The position numbers and the translations under genes are program-made. 64,000 bases of DNA, taken from the NCBI GenBank assembly GCA_904063045.1, contig CAJFCJ010000005.1, positions 883,988 to 947,987 of the forward strand, read 5' to 3'. The DNA is from Dimorphilus gyrociliatus. Lineage: Eukaryota; Animalia; Annelida. The notes under the pieces were generated by a model. It did no database searches. It was not told the origin of the DNA and saw only the letters and a list, made by a program, of their open reading frames with translations. Below, one piece after another: positions 13,401 to 22,233 of the stretch (position 1 is the stretch's first letter; each line of letters begins with the position of its first letter).

Positions 13401-14972
13401 TCGAAAAAATCTATTAATATACTAATAAACCTTTTGATCAATAGTATGCAAGAAAATGATTGAATATAAATATAGATACATAAGTAAAGCAAGCTTCGTA
13501 TTCCCATCAATTAGCGGTCAAACAGCCGATAAATGCTCGAATGATTGTGCAGACAACAAGGCATGCTTGTATGTTTTTAAAATATTCAATAAAGCAAATT
13601 TGGAGGATAAAGATTAATCTCTATTTACTACTCTCCTAATAGATCTGCTTCGTTTAATTCAAAGACAAAGGTTTGCTATCATAGCTTCCATAATAAAGAT
13701 ACAGTTTATAAAGAATATAAATTGGGAGTTGATTGGACATATTTCCATAAATCTTGTACAGAAGAGCAAAGTAATTATTTTATCATTTCGCGAGTCTTAG
13801 GAGAATAATTGAATAACTTTCGTCTCCTTTTATAGAATGCAAAAATATGGAAAAGTTCGAATATAGATATCTAACGGGCACAGACGGTTTATCTGTAAAG
13901 GTTAATACGGTAGAGGAATGCGAGAAGATATGCTTTGAAGACAAGGAATGCCCGTAGGATATTTTTTAAAATCCGTGTAAAGGATACATTATATTTTAAT
14001 CGGATTTTCTTTTCTAGATCGGCTAATTATCTTACAACTACAAAAGTTTGCTATTTAAAAACCTCTGATAAAGACAAATCACCAAATAACTATAAAGCAC
14101 ATGCCAAGTATATCTACATCCATAAATCATGTTCAAAAGAGAATAGTAAGAATTATTAGTATAAATCTAATTATAAGTCCTAATCCTATCTTGTCTTAGG
14201 ATGTTCCCAATTCGAAAAGTTCGAATCACGTTATATAAGATCAAATGATTGGACCTATCTTTCAAGTCAAACTGAAGAAAGCTGCCAAAAACTCTGTTCA
14301 CAAGATATTAAATGCCAGTAAGATGAATGATTATAAAAGGAAGATAAATTCATTTTTTTGAATTTTCATTCTTTATTTTCTAATTAGCTCGGCTGATTTT
14401 AATCATGTCCGGAAAGTTTGCTATTTGAACAAAGGAGAGATAAATTCTATACCTAAGACTTGGGCCCTAGATAACAACTATATTCTTTTATTAAAGAACT
14501 GTAAACCATCCACAACGAAAGGTAAGAACGAATTATATAACTATTTGCGGCTGTCATTAAAATTCATGTTATCTGTCCATTAGAATGCAAAATGGTGAAA
14601 TATAAAGAAAAGTTCCTGAGAAGTTTCGATAAGGAAACTGTTAGAGGACAGACTGAAGAGAGCTGTATGAGATTGTGCCTGAACGATATTGTCAATAATT
14701 GCCCGTAAGATGATATTTTTAAAACTTGCTTGTATTTCTATTAAACGCAAAATTCTATAACCAGATCCGCTGAATATAATAAAAACTCCAAAATATGTTA
14801 TCTCAACTATGAAACAAAGGATACAAAGCCTCAAAATTATAAATCTTCCACTATCTACTCCTATTTCCATCGTGATTGTTCAGGTAAAGATGTAACTGTT
14901 TTGACAAAGGAACAATTAAAAAAAACCAATCTAATTAAATTTTTCATTAATTCAGGTCAAACTAATATCTAA
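663..14972 (+). CDS. Giant tandem PAN/Apple-domain protein, 36 modules, about 2,990 aa in window; 5' end (signal exon) presumably upstream of the window; probably secreted
   Basis: Spliced by hand with GT/GC-AG boundaries into one continuous stop-free frame. Exons: A1 663-783,860-987; B1 1046-1163,1229-1356; C1 1426-1543,1598-1725; D1 1784-1901,1961-2088; E1 2147-2264,2332-2465; F1 2523-2643,2707-2831; G1 2890-3016,3073-3200; H1 3257-3374,3442-3575; A2 3656-3776,3829-3956; B2 4017-4134,4196-4323; C2 4398-4515,4601-4728; D2 4788-4905,5006-5133; E2 5192-5309,6087-6220; F2 6278-6398,6492-6616; G2 6676-6802,6859-6986; H2 7043-7160,7228-7361; A3 7443-7563,7636-7763; B3 7820-7937,7998-8125; C3 8199-8316,8404-8531; D3 8591-8708,8769-8896; E3 8956-9073,9145-9278; F3 9341-9461,9517-9641; G3 9698-9824,9878-10005; I 10081-10198,10275-10405; J 10459-10579,10642-10769; K 10843-11091; L 11153-11270,11354-11487; M 11552-11672,11750-11871; N 11935-12052,12118-12245; O 12307-12424,12495-12622; P 12678-12795,12860-12993; Q 13055-13175,13251-13378; R 13445-13568,13643-13770; S 13836-13953,14018-14145; T 14200-14317,14388-14521; U 14584-14704,14765-14883; terminal 14956-14972 (GQTNI*). 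Each 80-85 aa module reads C..F..Y..RYL.G.D....C-x3-C-x5/7-C-x-SADY....CYL....K.....Y.HK.C, the PAN/Apple pattern. The many short + strand entries in the ORF track are these exons running into introns. Confidence 0.9.
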
Positions 14973-15405
14973 TTAATTCTGAAACAAAGAAACAAGAAAT
15001 CGATGAATATATTTAGACATTTTGAAAATTATTAAAATATCTAATCAATGAAATATTATTAAAAAGAATGCTATTATTCAATGATTATTCTCTTTCCTTC
15101 CTTTATGGGTCATACTTTCTTCGGGAATTCATCTAAAAAGAGAATGCAATCTATATAGTAAAAGAAACAGAAAAAAAAAACAATAAAATGATTGCTATTC
15201 GTACTTTTCTATTATCTAATTCAGTAGTTAAAACATTCATTACTCCCATAAACATTGACATTCACAGGATTAGAGGATGATATATAGTTTTGATAAGTTT
15301 ATTTATCTTTACAGTCTAAAGAGACAAATAATTTAAACCGTTGTAATTTATCTTCCTAATTTTTTATCTCTTCAACTCTTTCGTTCGTAAAAATTACAAG
15401 AGCAA

Positions 15406-15413
15406 TGACGTCA
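15406..15413. promoter_or_regulatory. Perfect CRE palindrome TGACGTCA, about 1 kb upstream of the CARD gene start
   Basis: Exact 8-mer in intergenic DNA; function not shown. Confidence 0.25.
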
Positions 15414-15635
15414 CAGTCGTTTTGGATAGGGAGGTGATTTTCTGTTGAATATAATTTAGAGTCGAAAAAGTAAGCAGATATTCTTTAACTAGAAACAATT
15501 AGATATAAATAATAATTTAAAGTTAACAATTAGCAAAAAAGCGAAATAGGAATTCAATGATTGAACTGTCATTCACCATACCTAATTTAATAGAGAGAAA
15601 TAGAAGACTAGCACTAATTGGATATAACTAAGAGC

Positions 15636-15695
<60 letters not shown>
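15636..15695. repeat. Compound (TA)n(GA)n microsatellite
   Basis: Directly visible; a similar compound repeat lies at about 27415-27470. Confidence 0.95.
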
Positions 15696-15705
<10 letters not shown>

Positions 15706-16413
15706 GAAAGATTAGGATTTAGTATAAAATAGATTTTCTAATAATAAATATAGTAAATAAGTTAGGTAATAAACTATATTAGGGGCAACTGCAAACTGTT
15801 ACTGTAATATATCCTTCATAGGCCTTGAATTTATACTTCTGGTCTAGTGTTTTCCTATCTAATCCCTACAATATTTTACGACATATTTATCAATATTATT
15901 ATCATTAATATAAGCTTTATTGCATAAATAAAAAGAGAGTTTTCTTCGTAATTTCTCAGAATTTATTACAATACTATCTTGAACTACGAAGAGAAAGTAG
16001 ACTTACTCCAAACTAGACCTAAAAGTTAAATTAATTAATTCTTTTATGTAAATATTGTTCCATATATTATTTTTTTTTTGAAGTTATAAATTTTGAGTAA
16101 TTAAGAAATTATTGTTTGTAAATCGTTGTGTAATAGATGGTGTTAAAGTAAACAATTGAAGAATGGTCGTATCTGATCGTTTACAGCGACTGCTGTCGTT
16201 AGATAAAACACTGATTAAAACCAGTAAATCCATATCAGATTTCACATTGCTCACAACTTACCAACGACTTGTTTGGACTCGTAGACCTTTCCCTTTCATT
16301 CTTCTATTTATACAAAGGTGAGCGGTGGCCATTAGCTGAGTATAAAAAATATTTATTAATTTTATCAGTCCGTTTTGCAGTTGGAGAATAGTAGAGAAGA
16401 AGAAGAAGAAATT

Positions 16414-17203
16414 ATGGACGAACTTGAATTGAGAGTTTTTAGAAAGAAAAGATCTGTTTTTGTTGAAAATGTTGAAATGAACAGCACATTAATGGAATCG
16501 TTGAAAAATCACGAAATATTTAATAGCGAGGAATGTACTGCAATTATGGTAGGCCTAATATTAAGTTACCACCTTTCTATCCTTTTACCGATGGATTATA
16601 TATTAGCAATAAAAGAGTTAAAAAAAAACAACAATGAATTTTTTTCTACTTAGAATGAAAGAACGCAAAATTCAAAAGTTATGAAATTTTATGAACTTTT
16701 AACAACAAGTTCAAAGAATGGCCTCTTTGAACAAATTTGCATGGCATTAATGAGATCTTACCCGTGGTTATCTAAGGAATTACAATCCGATTTAAAGAAC
16801 GAAAGGGGTAATTTGGTTATTGATCAAGATGTGCAAAAAGAAGCTTCCATGCTTGTTCACAGGTTTAAATTTCTCATAAAAAATTCAATTTTTGTTGAAT
16901 TGAAAAGCGAATAAGAAATTATAATTTTCCTATAGAAAATTCGGCACCAGTAGAAGATTATCGGAGTTAGAAAAGAAAGAAATACAAGATATGATTGCTC
17001 TTAAAATACAAATTTCTAAAGAAGAATGGAGAACCGAATTACAAGTAAATTTATGAATGTTTATTCATTTTAATAAGTCGTAGAGAAGAAGAAAACTAAA
17101 TAAAACTCTTTTTAAATGTAAATTAATCATATCTTATATGTTATATTGATAAATAGATCAGTAGGGAAGGGGGTTAATCGTAACTAGTCCGCAAAATTGT
17201 GTT

Positions 17204-17240
<37 letters not shown>

Positions 17241-18157
17241 AGTATATTATTGCCCTTAATATCTAGCCTTTAAGACGTTATACACACGCTAAAATACTTT
17301 TTAGTAAATATTAACTATATTTATGAAAATTTTAGGTCAATTGTAAAGAAATTCTTTAAATTCCAGGAACTTAGAGACGAACTTGACCATCAGTCGGCAT
17401 TGGAGAATTTAAAGAAGACTAAGTTGTCGGAAATTGCGAAAACTTTAACAAAGTTTATTAAAGATAATAAGGATGCTCTGTCGAATAACGCACACGATAT
17501 GGAATCGACAACTCAACTTTTACAATCAGCATCGGGTATCGTTAAAATAATCGATTCACGCGCAATATATTTGTAACATTTCTCCTTTTCAATCATTAAT
17601 AGACGACGAGGACCCTCTATCTCTTATTAGAAAGGAGCTAATGCTTATTCTAAAGAGATTTAATGGAGTAATTCTTGAAAAGAAAATCTTGAGCGAAGAT
17701 AGGGAGAAATGTCTCAAGGCATTGAATGTAAGTAAAGTAAATGGAAAAGGGAGAAAGTTTTTCTTGATAGTGTAATTATTTTTAGCTTCCAACCGACACT
17801 CCTTCTCTAAATGAGATATTAGACAACGAATTTACGTCACAAAAGAAGAAAATATCGACTTTGGAGAGTGAATTATTAGAAAAGGAAAAGACGTTGAAGC
17901 AAACGACAAAGGCTAAATGGGATCTCGAAGATTCAAATAGAGAAATGAATGAGAAAATGACTAAAATGAAAAATGAGCTTTCCGATAAAACCGTTAAGCT
18001 AATGAATTTTCAAGAAGACATTAGAAACAAACAAATTGAAATTGATGAATTAAAAAAGAATGTTGGCCAAAACCAACTGGAGAATGGGGCGGTAACCAAT
18101 CAAAGCAGACCCCAGTTAACTAGGCCTAAAAGTAAAAGTAAACTCAATTCGAAGTAA
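16414..18157 (+). CDS. CARD (death-fold)-like domain plus coiled-coil protein, 372 aa, 6 coding exons
   Basis: Exons 16414-16548, 16654-16862, 16936-17044, 17367-17535, 17603-17727, 17786-18157 total 1119 nt in one frame. The N-terminus MDELELRVFRKKRSVFVENVEMNSTLMESLKNHEIFNSEECTAIMNERTQNSKVMKFYELLTTSSKNGLFEQICMALMRSYPWLSKEL follows the six-helix CARD pattern (family assignment by eye). The C-terminal half is E/K/L-rich heptad sequence. A probable 5' UTR exon ends at 16317 (AG|GTGAGC), with acceptor at 16380. Confidence 0.78.
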
Positions 18158-19112
18158 ATTAAACTTACTCCAAGAAACTGTACGGTAATAAATAATTTAT
18201 AGGCTTAATGCTTATATTTACACAACTAAGAGTAGTATTTCCTTAATTTTTCCCTTATTACCCTTTACTTTATACACCTATCCTCCAACCATAGAAAAAG
18301 AACAATCTTGTATAGTATTTCATTATTTCGCCCTTTTTTTTCCGCTTTCAATAAACTCTACACAAATAATAAATTCAAAAAAACACTATCCTTTATAGTT
18401 GCAAACAAACTAAACTATCCTTATATTTTTAATAATACAAACAATAATTAATAGCTTCGTTATAGGGAAATTAGATAAAAAAAAAAGAAAAGTTTGTCAA
18501 TTGAAAAGTCATTTTAAACTTCTTTCGCTCTACTAACTACGAACCTTTTCTTCTCTTTTCTTCCCTTTTTATTTCCTCAATGGGCCTATAGTTACTGGTG
18601 AAAAAAAAAAGAAAAAGATCAATATTTCACCTAAACTAAAAAGAGGTAATGCATATTTTAAAGGGAAAAGAAATAAGTTATTATAATAATAATTATTATT
18701 ATTTTTATTAATATTGATTTATAATATTTTGTTTTTTAAAAAAAAATTTAATACTTTTTTTTATTTTTTTTAGAAAATTTTTGTTATAAGAAAGTTTTAA
18801 TTTTTTTTTTTATGGCACAGACATTTTGTTGTTGAATACAAAATATTATCATACTTTTTCTTCATTCTATTTCAACAGTTTCTCATTATTTTATTTATTT
18901 ATTTGATCTTTAACGGGCTAAAAATCAAAGATCTGTCTAGCTTCTATTCCTGTTTTCTCTCTCTCTCTCTCTCTCTTAGTGTTATTGCAGTACGTTCTAG
19001 TTTCGGCAGAGTTTTCCTTGAAAATAGCCGCAAAGACCGAAAAGAGTATGTAACTCTAGGGATATTTTTCTTTATGACTAGGCATCCTTCTGTCAATTTT
19101 ACTTGTTGTCGT

Positions 19113-19124
19113 TAGATGGCAGCA
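19113..19124. promoter_or_regulatory. CTCF-like motif TAGATGGCAGCA
   Basis: Resembles the CTCF core consensus; one of about 10 copies in the window (see findings). Confidence 0.4.
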
Positions 19125-21729
19125 CACACAACCCTTACACTTTACCGAACAGAAGCGTTCCTTTGTTCAACAGATGTACATATTTATAAAGGAAGGGTGC
19201 GAGGAAGAGAAGAGAAAAAAATGAAAGGCGATGACGTAACATTTTTCCCTAAGTAAATGCATTAAGATAAGAGGAAAAATAGAGAAAAGAAAGAGACCCT
19301 TATCTGTTGAAAAGTTAATTAATAGACAAGTGACAATAACGCTCTCTTTATAGTGTAATTAAAAGATAAATATGGAAAAAGCTTTTTCTGCCCGACCTTT
19401 TCAACTTTGATACGTAAAGTGACAGACTGATGAAATATAATCTTTCCTCGTTAAACGAATCGATTAACGATTTGTTATTATTATAATTATCAACAATTTA
19501 ATGGATGACTTATATATGTACACATAAAAAAAATGATTATATCTTCATTTTATTACCATGTTACTTTACTTTTGAACTTTTTTTTAATAATAAAGAACAT
19601 AACGCATAGATAGATAAAAAATGTTTAGTTGAATTTGTACAGATGTTATTCGTGTCCGCTTTTTTGTATTTAGTTATTAAATTTATATTGTTTATGTACA
19701 TAAGATTATAAACTGTACGGCTATTAACTTTTACAGTTATTCGAATTAGCTTTGTCCGACAATAATTGCTAACAAAATGGTTACGTAATGGTTATTACTG
19801 TCGGCTCATTGTAGCAACTTAATCCCATTATTCACTACATGTATGATTATGGACGAAACGGAGGAGAAAGAGAGGGGAAAAGTTGAATTTTAGCGCAAAT
19901 ATCCTTTTCGTTTTTTTTTTTTGTTATTTGTTTAAAGAATCCATAAACTATACAAATAATTATATAAAAGATAGCTTGAAGATATAACCAATAAACGATC
20001 AACTAAATGAATCGATTGGTTGATATCTAAATAGAAATTTACATAATTATCTTTATTTTATTCATTTAAAATTGGTTAGCTATCTTGCTCTCGATCTATC
20101 TATCTTCGTCCTATCCTACGCAAATCTTTGAATCGATTAATTAGACCTAGCTTATTAAGTCTAGTTAATACATAATTGAAAAGTGACTCTAGATAATTAA
20201 AAGTAGGTTTCCCTTTTTATATTTTCTACCATCTAAAGAAGGAGGAAAAAGTAATAAATCGTTATAAATTATGGATTATAATATCAAATTATTTCGTACT
20301 AAAAGCTTTTCTTTTATTCTTTTAATAGTTTAATTGAATAATAGAGAGAAAATGATGTGAAAAAATCTTTATTAAAATACAAACAAATGACTTAAAAGCC
20401 TTAATACTACGTTATAGAAATAATAGGGAAATATGGAAAGCTTTTTAACATGGACAAACGGAACGCAGCGCCTTCTATCTAATAAAAGAGATATTAAGAG
20501 GGGGAAAGTGGCAGTCGGTGCGGAGTACTTCTTTCAAAAACTGCACGTATCTACCGAGCTGATTAAAAAAGTTTATACTCTATTTATTTTTATTAACTGT
20601 AAACTGTATAATTACTTATTATCTCTGTTTAATTTTCAATTGATTTTTCTCATCTCTTCTCTCTCTCTCTTCTCTCTCTTTTCTCTTCTCTTTTCTTCTC
20701 TTTCTTTCTTTCTGCTTTTCTCAAAACAATTCAATTTCAACAACAACAATTTCAAGAAAATAATAAGAAAACAAGTTAGATCATTTTTTTTAAAAAAAAA
20801 AAACAAATCCCCTTTCCCACATAAACTCTATATAGAAAAAAGGAGGAGGAGAGGAAACTTTTATCAAAGAAAGATAAGATTCTTCATGAAAAGGTAAACA
20901 TCATTAAACTTTTTATAAGCTACTTAATACAGAAATCTTTTAATAAACATCTATTCTTCAAAAGCGTTAGAGGATTTAGTTAAATCGTTGAATTAAAGGT
21001 CATACATATTAATAAGCGAATAATTTAATATTTCGTCCACTCGGAATGAAATACCATAGATAGTAATAATATAACTAAAAAAATGCTAACAGATTATGCA
21101 AATTAATGTAAATTAGTAGAGAATTAATAAAATTATGTGTGTTGTGTGTGTTTATCAAAACATGTGTAGCTCTTTCATTTTCAATGAAATTGAGTTGGGT
21201 TTGTACTATTGAGTAATTCATTGTTTACTCGTGTCACTCTTCATTGATTTCATATGATTATTCTATCGATTACGAATAAAAAGTTTTTTTCCAACAAACA
21301 TCCCGCTTTTAAACGAAATCTATATTGCTGTTGGGCAGTGGAATTCAACGAATTGAAAAAATTCAATAATATCGCTGTCAACTGCAAAAGAATCTGCAAA
21401 AAAAAAAAATAGTGGACAACTTTTTTAAGAGAAACGATTGAGATTTCTGCATCGTAATGCGGGTGGAATTAAATTTTAAAGAATATATAAATTATATAGG
21501 TAAAATAATATTTGATCCTAGTTCAATTGTTGCTAACTATAAATCATTGTACAAAGATTTTTTCTTTTCCTCTCTTCTTCCCTAAAAATTTTCTATAGGC
21601 TTCGACTATAATAACAAAAATATTTTTTTCTCGTCTTGTCCATAATCGCTTATGTTTTTTTATTTTTGTATCTTTGAACGTATTAAGATTGAATGATATT
21701 CATTTTCTTCTCTTCCTTTCCATTTTAGG

Positions 21730-22233
21730 ATGAGTTCTACAAAAGTCAAATTTAAGTTACCTAAATCAAACAACAACTCTCTTCAAGATATTGACAAACT
21801 TATAGAAGGTAAAATAGAACAAGAGACAAATGGTTACCATAACAACGATTCAAGACAAGTGAAACCTTATACTCTGCACATAAATCCGGGATTAGGCAGT
21901 CATCTTTCCGAAAAGTCATGGACAACTCTTACGCAGGCTAAATTAGTTTACGATGGACTTTTAGCCGATCGCTGCTATCGGCTTGATCAAAAACTGCTTG
22001 GGAAAAAAGCCTATTTCGACGAAAAAATCAACAAATTACTAAAAAAAGATTCACAGAAGAATGAGGTGAGCGCTATGGAAACTGCGGTCAAAGGTCAATA
22101 TCAATTGCATCTTTTACAAGAGACGATTATCAAGGAATTAACAGATATGATGAAAGATTATCAGAATAAACTGGATTTATTGACAGTTAGCCTTTTACAA
22201 ACAGAAAAACATCGAAAAGACTCAAAAGAATAA
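21730..22233 (+). CDS. Uncharacterised 167-aa protein with a C-terminal coiled-coil, single coding exon
   Basis: A 504-nt ORF with ordinary globular amino-acid composition in very AT-rich DNA. A strong polypyrimidine/TTTTAG acceptor lies immediately before the ATG, and AATAAA overlaps the stop. No family recognised. Confidence 0.65.
   Translation: MSSTKVKFKLPKSNNNSLQDIDKLIEGKIEQETNGYHNNDSRQVKPYTLHINPGLGSHLSEKSWTTLTQAKLVYDGLLADRCYRLDQKLLGKKAYFDEKINKLLKKDSQKNEVSAMETAVKGQYQLHLLQETIIKELTDMMKDYQNKLDLLTVSLLQTEKHRKDSKE

Noticed and set aside
641-14870. Minus-strand ORFs over the PAN gene (641-889, 1668-1901, 2168-2476, 5992-6249, 10008-10301, 13220-13510, 14580-14870 and others)
   Set aside because: Antisense shadows of the + strand exons, with no coherent splice structure or family motifs.
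663-14883. Regular repeat-spacer look of the array as a CRISPR-like or satellite structure
   Set aside because: The repeats are coding exons with synonymous divergence, and the spacers are GT-AG introns in eukaryotic DNA.
20433-20897. 154-aa ORF from the track
   Set aside because: Runs through (CT)n and poly-A/T tracts and gives low-complexity F/L/S/K sequence; more likely promoter/UTR DNA (it contains a CTCF-like site).
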